Shown here in pieces: positions 1-8,825 of a stretch of DNA of 64,000 nucleotides. The stretch comes from an uncultured Thermoanaerobaculia bacterium (GTDB lineage Bacteria > Acidobacteriota > Thermoanaerobaculia > Multivoradales > JAGPDF01), in the NCBI GenBank assembly GCA_964590905.1, contig CAZPYU010000285.1, forward strand, positions 488 to 64,487, in the 5' to 3' direction. The translations under genes were made by a program, and so were the position numbers. The notes under the pieces were generated by a model that was not told the origin of the DNA, searched no databases, and worked only from the letters and a program-made list of their open reading frames with translations. Positions within the stretch are counted from its first letter, which is position 1; the number at the start of each line of letters is the position of its first letter.

Positions 1-1341
1 TTCTGGGGGGATTCGGTCGACGCGCCGATCCATCTCCTCGAAGGCGGCCCGATCGACTACCTCGGCATGGACTATCTCGCCGAGGTCACGCTGTCGATCA
101 TGATGCGCCAGAAGCTGAAGAATCCGGCGGCCGGTTACGCCACCGATTTTCTCGACTTCGTCCGTCGCGCGCTGCCGCTCCTGGTGGCCAAGAACGTCAA
201 AGTGGTGACCAACGCGGGTGGGCTCAACCCGCGCGCCTGCCGCGCCAAGGTGTTCGAGATCGCGCGCGAGCTGGGGATCCGGGGCCTGCGCATCGGCGTC
301 GTCGAAGGGGACGATCTGCTGGCGCGGCTTCCCGAGCTGGTGGCCGCCGGCCACCCGATGCAGAACATGGACAGCGGCGAGCCGATCGCCACCGTGCTCG
401 ACCGCGTCACCTCCGCCAACGCCTACCTGGGAGCGCGCCCGGTCGCCGCGGCGTTGGCAGGCGGCGCCCAGATCGTCCTCTGCGGCCGCGTGACCGACAC
501 CGCGCTGGCGCTCGGTCCGCTCGTCCACGAGCACGGCTGGGCGGCCGACGACTGGGACCGGCTCGCCGCCGGCACGATCGCGGGCCACATCCTCGAGTGT
601 GGCGCGCAGGCGACCGGCGGCAACTTCACCCGTTGGTGGGAGGTCCCCGATCTCTGGAATGTCGGCTATCCGATCGCCGAGGTCGCCGAGGACGGCAGCT
701 TCACTGTGACCAAACATCCGGGAACCGGTGGGCTCGTCACCGTCGACACCGTGTCGGAGCAACTGGTGTACGAGATGGGGGATCCGGCGGCCTACGTCAC
801 GCCCGACGTCACCGCCGACTTCAGCTCGATCCGGCTGGAGAAGGCCGGCGGCGACCGGGTGCGCGTCGCGGGCGTCCGCGGGCGCGCGAACACGCCGTTC
901 CTCAAGCTCTCGGCGTCGTACCTCGATGGCTACAAGGCGGCGGGGCAGGTGACGATCGCCGGGCCGCGCGCCTTCGGCAAGGCGAAGCTCGCCGCCGAGA
1001 TCGTCTGGCGGCGACTGGCGCGGGCCGGCGTCGAGTTTCCGGCCGGCGATCGCGTCGAAGAGTTTCTCGGCGTCTCGGCGGTGCTACCCGGGATTCTGCC
1101 GCCGGTGGGCGCGGCGCCCGAAGTGGTGCTGCGCTTGGCGGTGCGCGACTCGGATCGGCGCAAGGTCGAGCGCTTCGGCAAGGAGATCGCACCGCTGGTA
1201 ACCGCCGGTCCGCCCGGCGTGACCGGCTTTGCCGGCGGCAGGCCGAAACCGCAGGAAGTGGTCGCCTACTGGCCGGCGCTCCTCGACCGGCGCGAGGTCG
1301 AGCCGCGGCTCGAGGTGAGTGTGGAGACGGTGGGCGGATGA
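1..1341 (+). CDS. AtuA-like acyclic terpene utilisation family protein (DUF1446), 5' truncated by window edge
   Basis: Frame is open from base 1 (FWGDSVDAPIHLLEGGPIDYLGMDYLAEVTLSIMM...), so the true start lies upstream. The overall pattern is typical of DUF1446/AtuA proteins. Confidence 0.8.
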   Translation, partial: FWGDSVDAPIHLLEGGPIDYLGMDYLAEVTLSIMMRQKLKNPAAGYATDFLDFVRRALPLLVAKNVKVVTNAGGLNPRACRAKVFEIARELGIRGLRIGVVEGDDLLARLPELVAAGHPMQNMDSGEPIATVLDRVTSANAYLGARPVAAALAGGAQIVLCGRVTDTALALGPLVHEHGWAADDWDRLAAGTIAGHILECGAQATGGNFTRWWEVPDLWNVGYPIAEVAEDGSFTVTKHPGTGGLVTVDTVSEQLVYEMGDPAAYVTPDVTADFSSIRLEKAGGDRVRVAGVRGRANTPFLKLSASYLDGYKAAGQVTIAGPRAFGKAKLAAEIVWRRLARAGVEFPAGDRVEEFLGVSAVLPGILPPVGAAPEVVLRLAVRDSDRRKVERFGKEIAPLVTAGPPGVTGFAGGRPKPQEVVAYWPALLDRREVEPRLEVSVETVGG

Positions 1342-1667
1342 AAGTCCGGCTAGCCGAGATTGCGCATGCCCGCTCGGGCGACAAAGGCGACGCCTCCAAC
1401 GTCGGGCTGATCGCCAACACGCTGGCGCTCTACGAGGCGATCCGGCGCGAGGTGACCGCCGATCGGGTGAAGGCGCACTTCGGCGCCATCTGCCGCGGTC
1501 GCGTGGAGCGGTTCGAGGTGCCGAACCTGCTGGCGCTCAACTTCCTCCTCCACGACGCGCTCGGCGGCGGCGGCACCGCCTCGCTCTTGACCGACGCCCA
1601 GGGCAAGGCCCACGGCCAGGGGCTGCTCGAGCTGGAGATCGAGATTCCGAAAGAGCTGGCGCCGTGA
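1338..1667 (+). CDS. small AtuA-associated protein (DUF4387-like)
   Basis: ATGA overlap with the upstream stop. The 109-aa product (MKVRLAEIAHARSGDKGDASNVGLIAN...) is the 3' part of track ORF 597..1667. Small partner genes of this kind usually follow DUF1446 genes. Confidence 0.6.
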   Translation: MKVRLAEIAHARSGDKGDASNVGLIANTLALYEAIRREVTADRVKAHFGAICRGRVERFEVPNLLALNFLLHDALGGGGTASLLTDAQGKAHGQGLLELEIEIPKELAP

Positions 1668-2449
1668 GCGACCTCGTTCAGAGTGAGCGGCGCGACGATC
1701 TCCTCTTCGTCACGCTGAACGATCCCGAGCGGGCGAACGCGCTCTCCCCGGCCATGATCGAGACGCTCGTCGCGATCTACAGCCAGGAGTGGCTCGGCGA
1801 AGGGGTTCGCGCCATCCTGCTCGCCGGCGCCGGGAAGAACTTCTGTGCCGGCGCCGATCTCGAAAACCTGCGCCGACTCGCCGACGCCTCGCCGCTCGAG
1901 CATCGCCTCGACGCGAACCGGCTGCGCGACCTCTTCGACTCGATCTTGCGCCAGGAGGCGCTGACCATCGCGCTCGTCCACGGCGCCTGCGTGGCCGGCG
2001 GCTGCGGCCTCGCCACCGCTTGCGACTTCGTGGTGGCCACGGCCGACGCCAACTTTCTCTACAGCGAGGTCAAGATCGGCTTCGTCGCCGCTCTGGTCGC
2101 CACCTTCCTGCCGCTCCGAGTGCGCGGCTCCGATCTGCGCGAGCTGCTCCTGAACCCCGAGCTCGTGGACGCTGCGCGGGCGCAGTCGATCGGGCTCGTG
2201 AACCGGGTCGTGCCCCACACGGAGCTGGCGGCGGCAGGAGCGACGTTGGCCGGGGAGATCCTCGCCAAGGCGAGCTCGCAGTCGATCGCCGCGACCAAGC
2301 GCCTGCTCCTGGGCACGCTCGGCCTGCGGCTCGACGAGCGGCTTGATCTCGCGGCGGCGACCAACGCCGCGGTGCGCCAGAGCGCCGACTGCAAGCGCGG
2401 CGTGGCGCACTTTCTCGAGACCAAGAAGGCGCCGCTCTGGCGAGAGTGA
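1664..2449 (+). CDS. enoyl-CoA hydratase/isomerase (crotonase) family protein
   Basis: GTGA overlap with the upstream stop. Crotonase pattern LLFVTLNDPERANALS...AILLAGAGKNFCAGADL...GACVAGGCGLATACD. Confidence 0.85.
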   Translation: MSDLVQSERRDDLLFVTLNDPERANALSPAMIETLVAIYSQEWLGEGVRAILLAGAGKNFCAGADLENLRRLADASPLEHRLDANRLRDLFDSILRQEALTIALVHGACVAGGCGLATACDFVVATADANFLYSEVKIGFVAALVATFLPLRVRGSDLRELLLNPELVDAARAQSIGLVNRVVPHTELAAAGATLAGEILAKASSQSIAATKRLLLGTLGLRLDERLDLAAATNAAVRQSADCKRGVAHFLETKKAPLWRE

Positions 2450-2479
2450 GCGCGACGCACCGAGAGGAGGGACGTGCAG

Positions 2480-3661
2480 ATGATGGGCGGCGAAGCGAAC
2501 AGATCGCGTGAGGCCGACTGGGGTCCCGACGGGCGGCTGGCGAGCGATCTCTGGATCGACCGCGACGACGCGCCGGCGGAGATCGCCCGCCGCCGTGCGG
2601 CGGGCGCACTAACGGCGAGGGAGGCCGAGAACCTCGAGAAGTTCTGGCGCGACGGCTACTTCGTCTTTCGCCCGACGGTCGCGAGCGATCTCTTCGCGGC
2701 GGTCTGCGAAGACGTCGACCGGCTCTGGCGCGAGCAGCCGCCGTGGATGGCGTTCGCTCTCCACAGCCTCCTGACCCGCTTTCCCGGCGACGAGGCCGAG
2801 AAGCGCCGCCCTTCGTCGCGCATTGCCGACCTGCACGACTTCTCGACGCCGGCGCTCGAGCTCTATCTTCACCCCGAGATCTTTCGCTACGTCGAGCTGA
2901 TTCTGGGAGAGCCGGCCGTCGCCACGCAGTCGCTCTACTTCGAATGGGGAAGCATGCAGGCGTTGCATCGCGATCCGATTCACGTCCGCATGACGCCGCC
3001 CGCCCATCTCGTCGCTTCGTGGCTGGCGCTCGAGACGATCCAGCCCGGGAGCGGCGAGCTGCACTACGTTCCCGGTTCCCACCGGCTGCCGTACTTCGCG
3101 TTTTCCCCGGGTCGCTACATTTTCGATCATCGCCGCGACGCCCCCGAGCGGGCGCGCGAGGCCGAGGTCTGGGACCTCGAGCTGTGTGCTCGGCACGGCC
3201 TCGCGGCGGTGCCGCTCCGTTGCGAACAGGGCGAATGCCTCCTCTGGCACCACTCGCTCCTGCACGGCGGCGGGCCGCTCGCCGACGAACGGCTGACGCG
3301 CCAAAGCTTCGTGGTCCACTACACCAGCCGCGCCAACATGCCGACGACGAAGAACAGCTATCTCGATCCGTATGTCGAGCCGGGGCCAGGCGAGCCGCGG
3401 CCGGCACCGCGCGTCTACGAGAGCCGGCGCCACCACGTGCAGCGCGGCTGCCACGGCTTCGCGAGCCCGCTCGCCGAGCAGTTCGCAGCCGAGGTGCGCG
3501 CCCGCTATTCCGCTCCAGAGGCCGCCGAACGAAGATTCGCCGAGCTCTTCGGCGACTTGACGAAGGCGCGCGCCGAGATCGAGGCGATGAGAGCGAGCCG
3601 TTTCTGGAAACTGCGCGACTCTTGGTGGTCGCTCAAGCGCGCTCTCGGGCTCGGCGGCTGA
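2480..3661 (+). CDS. phytanoyl-CoA dioxygenase (PhyH) family Fe(II)/2-oxoglutarate oxygenase with C-terminal helical tail
   Basis: PhyH-like pattern (GYFVF...LHRDPIHV...GELHYVPGSHRL...LLWHHSLLHGG). GGAGG lies 9 nt upstream of ATG 2480; GTG 2474 is an alternative start. Confidence 0.75.
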   Translation: MMGGEANRSREADWGPDGRLASDLWIDRDDAPAEIARRRAAGALTAREAENLEKFWRDGYFVFRPTVASDLFAAVCEDVDRLWREQPPWMAFALHSLLTRFPGDEAEKRRPSSRIADLHDFSTPALELYLHPEIFRYVELILGEPAVATQSLYFEWGSMQALHRDPIHVRMTPPAHLVASWLALETIQPGSGELHYVPGSHRLPYFAFSPGRYIFDHRRDAPERAREAEVWDLELCARHGLAAVPLRCEQGECLLWHHSLLHGGGPLADERLTRQSFVVHYTSRANMPTTKNSYLDPYVEPGPGEPRPAPRVYESRRHHVQRGCHGFASPLAEQFAAEVRARYSAPEAAERRFAELFGDLTKARAEIEAMRASRFWKLRDSWWSLKRALGLGG

Positions 3662-3668
3662 GCCGCGA

Positions 3669-4358
3669 GTGCGCCTCGTCCTCTTCGACATCGATGGCAC
3701 GCTGGTCGCGGCGGGTGGCCAGGCCAAGCCGCTCTTCGAGGAGGCGATGGTCGAAGTGTACGGCACCGCCGGGGCGATCGACGACTACGACTTCGCGGGC
3801 AAGACCGATCCGCAGATCGTCTTCGAGCTGCTCGAAGTCGCGGGCGTGCCGCACGCGGAGATCGCGGCGGGGCTACCGCTGCTGCGCGACGGCTATCTCG
3901 ATCGGCTCGCGGCGCGGCTCGATCCGCGGCGGGTGCGCATTCTGCCCGGAGTTGGCGAGCTGCTCTCTGCCCTCTCCCTTCGCGACGACCTCGTGCTCGG
4001 CCTGCTGACCGGCAACTGGGAGCGCGGAGCGCGGATCAAGCTCGCGAGCGTCGATCTCTTCCGCTATTTTCCATTCGGAGGCTTCGGCGACGACGGCCAC
4101 AGTCGCCGCGATCTGCCGCCGGTCGCGCTGGCCCGCGCGTGCGCTTACGCAGGGCGCGACTTCTCGCAAGAAGAGACGGTCATCGTTGGCGACTCGCTCC
4201 TAGACGTCGATTGCGCCCACGCGAACGGCATTCGCTGCCTTGCGGTCGCGACCGGAAAGACCGAGAGCTGGGCGCTGGCGAGGGCGGGGGCCGACTGGGT
4301 CGAGCCCGATCTCACGCGGGCGCACGCTCACCCTGCCTTCGCGCGCCTCGACGGTTAG
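3669..4358 (+). CDS. HAD-superfamily hydrolase (phosphoglycolate phosphatase-like)
   Basis: HAD motif I at the N-terminus (VLFDIDGTLV) and a later GDSLLDVDCAHANG motif. Confidence 0.75.
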   Translation: MRLVLFDIDGTLVAAGGQAKPLFEEAMVEVYGTAGAIDDYDFAGKTDPQIVFELLEVAGVPHAEIAAGLPLLRDGYLDRLAARLDPRRVRILPGVGELLSALSLRDDLVLGLLTGNWERGARIKLASVDLFRYFPFGGFGDDGHSRRDLPPVALARACAYAGRDFSQEETVIVGDSLLDVDCAHANGIRCLAVATGKTESWALARAGADWVEPDLTRAHAHPAFARLDG

Positions 4359-4368
4359 ACTCGCGCCG

Positions 4369-5406
4369 ATGTCGGCCCAGAATGTGATCTCGGCCACGGA
4401 GTTGTCCCGGCTCGAAGCAGCGCGCCGAGGCGTGGCATTGGAGTCGCCCAAGCTCACAGACTGCCTCGACGTGATCGGCCCGGATGGCGTGCGTTTTCTC
4501 CAGAATCTGGTGACCTGCGACGTTTCGCCACTCGCTCCCGGCGGCTCGGCGCGCGGCTTCTTCACCAATACGCGCGGCGGAGTCCTCTCGGCGGCCACGG
4601 TGGTGGCGCTGTCCGACCGCTTCCGCCTGATCCTTCCGCCGGCTCGGGGCGCCGCTCTAAGGACTCATCTCGAGCGCTATCGAGTGGTCGATCGCGTCGA
4701 GCTCGTTCCGCGGGACGATCTTGCAGGCTGCTCCCTGCGCGGCGCACGCGCCGCGGAGCTCCTGGCGGCGCTCGGCTCGCCGGAGCTCGCCCAGGGCGAG
4801 CACCGGGAGCTCGAGGTCGCGGGCACTGCGGTTCGGGTGCGACGTGAGCCGCGGGCGGGAGCGGTGCGGTTCGCGCTCGAAACGAGCGCGCCCGAGCTGG
4901 CGGCCGTCGTCGCGGCGCTACGCACTGTCGGCGCCGGCTTCGGGATCGAAGCGCTCGAAAAGAACGAGCTCGACCTCTTGCGCATCGAGGAGCTCGAGCT
5001 TGCCTGGGGGATCGACTACGGCGAGGAGAACTTTCCACAGGAGACCGGCGACGAAGAGGCGGTCAGCTTCACCAAGGGCTGCTATCTCGGGCAGGAGGTG
5101 ATCGCGCGCATCCAGTATCGCGGCGGCGTTCAGCGCCTGCCGCGGCGTCTCGAGCTCTTATCGCAGCTGGTGCCACTGCCCGGTGTCGAGCTCCTCGCGG
5201 CAGACGGCCGCGCGGTAGGGCGCGCGACCACCGTGGCCTTCTCGCCGTCCGTCGGAGCGTCCGTCGCCCTCGCTCTCATCCACCGCCGCGCGGCAGCGAT
5301 CGGTACGGAGCTCGGCCTCGCGGGCGGCGGCAGCGCCCGAGTCGTCGACGCCTGGACTGCCGTAGAGTCTGCGCTCGCCGCTCGAACGCGAAACGAGGAG
5401 GAGTGA
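4369..5406 (+). CDS. ygfZ: YgfZ/CAF17-type folate-binding protein (aminomethyltransferase-like)
   Basis: Signature KGCYLGQEVIARIQYRGGVQR near the C-terminus. The start is taken at ATG 4369 inside the longer track ORF 4240..5406. Confidence 0.75.
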   Translation: MSAQNVISATELSRLEAARRGVALESPKLTDCLDVIGPDGVRFLQNLVTCDVSPLAPGGSARGFFTNTRGGVLSAATVVALSDRFRLILPPARGAALRTHLERYRVVDRVELVPRDDLAGCSLRGARAAELLAALGSPELAQGEHRELEVAGTAVRVRREPRAGAVRFALETSAPELAAVVAALRTVGAGFGIEALEKNELDLLRIEELELAWGIDYGEENFPQETGDEEAVSFTKGCYLGQEVIARIQYRGGVQRLPRRLELLSQLVPLPGVELLAADGRAVGRATTVAFSPSVGASVALALIHRRAAAIGTELGLAGGGSARVVDAWTAVESALAARTRNEEE

Positions 5407-6056
5407 TGGCCGAAGTCAAGCTTTCGAAAGCGCTGATCGCCGAGTTCGTGGGCACCTTCGCCCTCATCTTCGTCGGCGCCGGAGCCGGTGCCCAGGGCTC
5501 GGCCGGTCTGGTCGGAGTGGCTCTCGCGCACGGGCTGGTGGTGCTCGCCTTCGCCTACGCGTTCGGGCACCTCTCCGGGACGCACGTCAACCCCGCGGTG
5601 ACCGTGGGCCTCTGCGTGGCCGGCAAGATGGAGGTGCGCAGGGCGATCTCCTACGTGGTGTTTCAGCTCGCCGGAGGCGTCGCGGGCGCTCTCTTGCTCT
5701 ATTGGGTGATGGGTGGCTCGGAGAGCGGGCTGGGACGGCTCGCCCTGGGCTCCGGAGTTGGCGCGGCGCAAGGCTTCGTCGTTGAAGCGGTCCTGGCATT
5801 CTTTCTGGTCACCGTCGTCTGCGGCGCCGCGGTCTCGGGCCGGGGCGGCGCGCTGGCGGGGGTGGCGATCGGATCGACACTGGTGCTCAACATCTTGATG
5901 GGCGGTCCGCTGACCGGAGCCGGCTTCAACCCGGCGCGCGCTCTGGGGCCGGCGGTCGTCACCGGGAACTTCACCGATCTCGGCCTTTACCTGCTGGCGC
6001 CAATCGTGGGCGGGATCGTCGCGGCGCTGCTCTACCGCTCGCTGCTGGAGAAGTAG
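5406..6056 (+). CDS. MIP/aquaporin family channel
   Basis: Two NPA boxes (HVNPAVT and GFNPARALGP) and a six-helix hydrophobic pattern. GTG 5403 is an alternative start. Confidence 0.85.
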   Translation: MAEVKLSKALIAEFVGTFALIFVGAGAGAQGSAGLVGVALAHGLVVLAFAYAFGHLSGTHVNPAVTVGLCVAGKMEVRRAISYVVFQLAGGVAGALLLYWVMGGSESGLGRLALGSGVGAAQGFVVEAVLAFFLVTVVCGAAVSGRGGALAGVAIGSTLVLNILMGGPLTGAGFNPARALGPAVVTGNFTDLGLYLLAPIVGGIVAALLYRSLLEK

Positions 6057-6061
6057 CGCTG

Positions 6062-6943
6062 TTGACACTGCGGACGCGCGCGAGGGTTCTGCTGGCGATC
6101 GTCGTCGGCGCGAACGTCGCGGTCCCGCCGGCGTCAGCGTGGCTCACCGAAGGGCATCGCCGCGTGACTGTCTCCGCGGTCGAGCTCCTTCCGGAGACAG
6201 TCCCTGCCTTCTTCCGCGAAGGAGCCGCGGCGGTCGGCCAGGTGGCGATCGACCCCGATCTCTGGAAATCTGCCGACGCGCCGCATCTCGCCGACAGTGA
6301 AGGTCCCGAGCACTACCTCGACGTCGAGCTGCTCGGCGGCCGGCCGCTGCCGGCGAAGCGCTCGGACTACCTTCGGCTGCTCGGCGAGCTCGGGATCGCG
6401 CCGAACGAGGCCGGTCTGCTGCCGTGGGCGCTCGTCGAAGGGGTCGAGCGGTTGACCCTCTGCTTCGCCGAACAGCGGCGCTGGAGCGACGACGAGGGGA
6501 TCCGCGCCAAGTGCCGGGTCTACGCTGGCTGGCTGGCGCACTACGCGGGCGACCTGGTGCAGCCGCTGCACACCACGATCCACCACGACGGCTGGGCGCT
6601 GCCCGACGGGCGTCCTTCCTACTCGGGAATCCATCGCAAGATCGACGCGCTCTTCGAGAGCTCGCCGTTCGATCCGGCGGCGGCGGTAGCGGGGATCGAG
6701 CCGGCTCCCTTCGCCGATCTCCCTGCTGCGGTGGTCGCGGAGTTCGAGCGTAGCCACCGGCTTGTCGATCGGACGTACGGACTGGAGGCCGTCCTCGCGG
6801 GTCCGAACGGGATCGCCGCCCCCGAGGTCGTCGCCTTCGCCTGCGAGCGCTATGGCGTTGTAGCGCGCTTCTTGAGCAGCCTCTACCTCACCGCTTGGGA
6901 GCGCTCGGCGACGGTCGAGCTGCCGCGCTGGCTGGCGCGCTGA
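6062..6943 (+). CDS. secreted S1/P1-type zinc nuclease family protein
   Basis: A signal peptide ends ...PPASA just before WLTEGH, giving the N-terminal Trp and His zinc ligands. PEHYLDVE and the hallmark HYAGDLVQPLH motif are also present. TTG start. Confidence 0.65.
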   Translation: MTLRTRARVLLAIVVGANVAVPPASAWLTEGHRRVTVSAVELLPETVPAFFREGAAAVGQVAIDPDLWKSADAPHLADSEGPEHYLDVELLGGRPLPAKRSDYLRLLGELGIAPNEAGLLPWALVEGVERLTLCFAEQRRWSDDEGIRAKCRVYAGWLAHYAGDLVQPLHTTIHHDGWALPDGRPSYSGIHRKIDALFESSPFDPAAAVAGIEPAPFADLPAAVVAEFERSHRLVDRTYGLEAVLAGPNGIAAPEVVAFACERYGVVARFLSSLYLTAWERSATVELPRWLAR

Positions 6944-6973
6944 GCTTCAGCGAGAGCTCGGAGAGAGTTGAGG

Positions 6974-7345
6974 TCAGACGGCGAACGAGCTGCCGCAGCC
7001 GCAGGTGCCGGTGGCCTTCGGATTCTGGAACTTGAAGCCGGCGCCCTGCATGCCGAAGACGTAGTCGATGACCACCCCTTCGAGGTAGCGGGCGGAGACC
7101 GGGTCGACGAAGACTGTCAAGCCGTCGACCTCGAAGACGGAGTCGGTCGGGCGCGCCGCTTGATCGAAGTCGAGCGCGTACTGGAAGCCGCTGCAGCCGC
7201 CGCCCATGACGGCGACTCGCAGGCCGAAGGTCGAGTCCATCCCCTCCTGCTCTCGGGTGACCTTGACCATCTCGATAGCCTTAGAGGTGACAGTCACCGG
7301 CGGCGCGTCGGCAATCGGCTGCAGGGTGGGCAAGGGGCTCTCCAT
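6974..7345 (-). CDS. erpA: iron-sulfur cluster insertion protein ErpA/IscA (HesB family)
   Basis: 123-aa C-terminal part of track ORF 6974..8053. Contains GGGCSGFQY and a C-terminal GTCGCGSSF motif. AGGAAG lies upstream of ATG 7345. Confidence 0.85.
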   Translation of the reverse strand: MESPLPTLQPIADAPPVTVTSKAIEMVKVTREQEGMDSTFGLRVAVMGGGCSGFQYALDFDQAARPTDSVFEVDGLTVFVDPVSARYLEGVVIDYVFGMQGAGFKFQNPKATGTCGCGSSFAV

Positions 7346-7458
7346 CGGTGACTTCCTTTCGATGCAACGCAATCTGCACCGGCGTTCTTCCCGCAGCCTG
7401 ACTCCGCTCCGGTTCGCCGATTCTACAACGCTGAGGCGCACCCCTTTGGAGATCGCGC

Positions 7459-7815
7459 TCAGGCAAGGGGCAAGCGTCCCCCGAACCCTTCGTCGTAGTC
7501 GTGAAAGTGGGCCAGCGCCGGCTCGGGGTGCTTCCAACAGAAGTAGCCGTCGCCCGAGTCCCAGTCGACCAGCCAGACCCCTTTGACCTCGCAACCGAGC
7601 GACTCGATTTCGGCCGCCCAGCGCGCCACGACCTCGCGGTAGGCGGAGTCGAACTCCTCTCGCCGCTGGTCGGGATCGTCGGCGCCCGCAAAGCTGCTCG
7701 TCAGGCTCTCGACCTCGCGGGCGGCGTCCGCGGTGCGGTCGCGAACCGTGGGAAAGAGCGCCAGCGCCTCGTCGTAGCTGAACACGCGGCCGCGCCGGAC
7801 GGGCATCGCGGGCAC
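7459..7815 (-). CDS. DUF2203 family protein
   Basis: C-terminal pattern GCEVKGVWLVDWDSGDGYFCWKHPEPALAHFHDYDEGFGGRLPL matches the conserved DUF2203 core. Confidence 0.65.
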   Translation of the reverse strand: MPAMPVRRGRVFSYDEALALFPTVRDRTADAAREVESLTSSFAGADDPDQRREEFDSAYREVVARWAAEIESLGCEVKGVWLVDWDSGDGYFCWKHPEPALAHFHDYDEGFGGRLPLA

Positions 7816-7847
7816 GATAGCATCCGCCGCCGGCCGGAGGCGGGCAC

Positions 7848-8411
7848 GTGAAGAGAAGCGAGGGCACGGCAGGTTGGATCGAAGTCATTGCCGGCGGAAT
7901 GTTTAGTGGCAAGAGCGAGGAGTTGGTGCGCCGGCTGCGCCGCGCGGCGATCGCCCGCCAGAAGATCCAGGTCTTCAAGCCGGTCGCCGACTCCCGCCAC
8001 GGCGCCGATCGGCTGGTGACCCGCGACCTGCGCGAGCTCGAAGCGCACTCCATCGCCGATGCTGCGGAGCTGCGTGCGGCTCTTCACGGCGATGTGGAGG
8101 TGGTCGGGGTCGACGAAGCGCAGTTCTTCGACGAGGCGCTGGCCGACCTGGCGATGGAGCTCGCCGATTCCGGCATCCGCGTCATCGTCGCCGGGCTCGA
8201 TCAGGATTTCGCCCGCCGTCCGTTCGGCCCGATGCCGCGCCTCCTGGCCCACGCCGAGCTGGTCGACAAGATGCACGCGGTCTGCATGCGCTGCGGCGCC
8301 GCGGCGCACTACAGCCAACGCATCGCCGGCGGCTCGGCACAGATGCAGGTCGGCGACGGCGAAGCCTACGAGGCGCGCTGCCGCAGCTGCTACGAGGAGT
8401 GGAGCGGGTGA
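7848..8411 (+). CDS. tdk: thymidine kinase
   Basis: P-loop GGMFSGKSEEL, VIVAGLDQDF, and the C-terminal zinc ribbon CMRCG...RCRSCY. Confidence 0.9.
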   Translation: MKRSEGTAGWIEVIAGGMFSGKSEELVRRLRRAAIARQKIQVFKPVADSRHGADRLVTRDLRELEAHSIADAAELRAALHGDVEVVGVDEAQFFDEALADLAMELADSGIRVIVAGLDQDFARRPFGPMPRLLAHAELVDKMHAVCMRCGAAAHYSQRIAGGSAQMQVGDGEAYEARCRSCYEEWSG

Positions 8412-8438
8412 AGCGGTGGATCGAGACTCTGGCGACGG

Positions 8439-8825
8439 TCAGGGCGGCGAGGCGTCAGCTGTAGAGCGGCGTAGCTCGAACGGGATCAGCGCCACGGCGC
8501 GAGCGCCGAGAAGCTCGGCGGAGAGCCTGACCGGCAGCGGCGTGGCGTCGCCCACGCGTTCGATCTGAGCCTTCGAAACTACGAAGAGCGAGAGCGGCGG
8601 CTCGAAGCGAAGGCCCTCCTCGGCTGGGCGGTGGCCTGCGGCCGTGAGGGCCGCGATTTCCGCTGCGCTGAGCGAGAAGGCGGCCTCGGCGCCGGCCAGC
8701 AGCCGGCGGAGCCCGAACCAGGCGCCGGCGGCGAGGTTCCGTTGCCGATAGGCGAAGGCGCCTCGGACTCGATTGGCGCGGATCCGCCGGACTCGTGTCG
8801 CGATCGGTACGCGCGGAGCGCTCAC
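8439..8825 (-). CDS. hypothetical protein, downstream partner of the nucleotidyltransferase-fold gene
   Basis: GTGA overlap with the upstream stop. Third codon positions are mostly G/C, as in neighbouring genes. I recognise no family and see no HEPN Rx4-6H motif. Confidence 0.4.
   Translation of the reverse strand: MSAPRVPIATRVRRIRANRVRGAFAYRQRNLAAGAWFGLRRLLAGAEAAFSLSAAEIAALTAAGHRPAEEGLRFEPPLSLFVVSKAQIERVGDATPLPVRLSAELLGARAVALIPFELRRSTADASPP

Noticed and set aside
2070-3407. 445-aa minus-strand ORF antisense to the PhyH gene. The same pattern holds for other long antisense or out-of-frame ORFs: 11858..13663(-), 14774..15886(-), 15998..17110(-), 25257..26972(-), 31146..33389(-), 34265..35530(-), 34599..36014(-), 43051..45021(+), 50930..52252(-), 52348..53361(-), 54047..55378(-) and 60606..62003(+).
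   Set aside because: Their translations are dominated by Arg/Pro/Gly/Ala/Ser runs, which is typical of wrong-frame reading of high-GC DNA. Each is fully overlapped by an ORF with clear family motifs on the other strand or in another frame.
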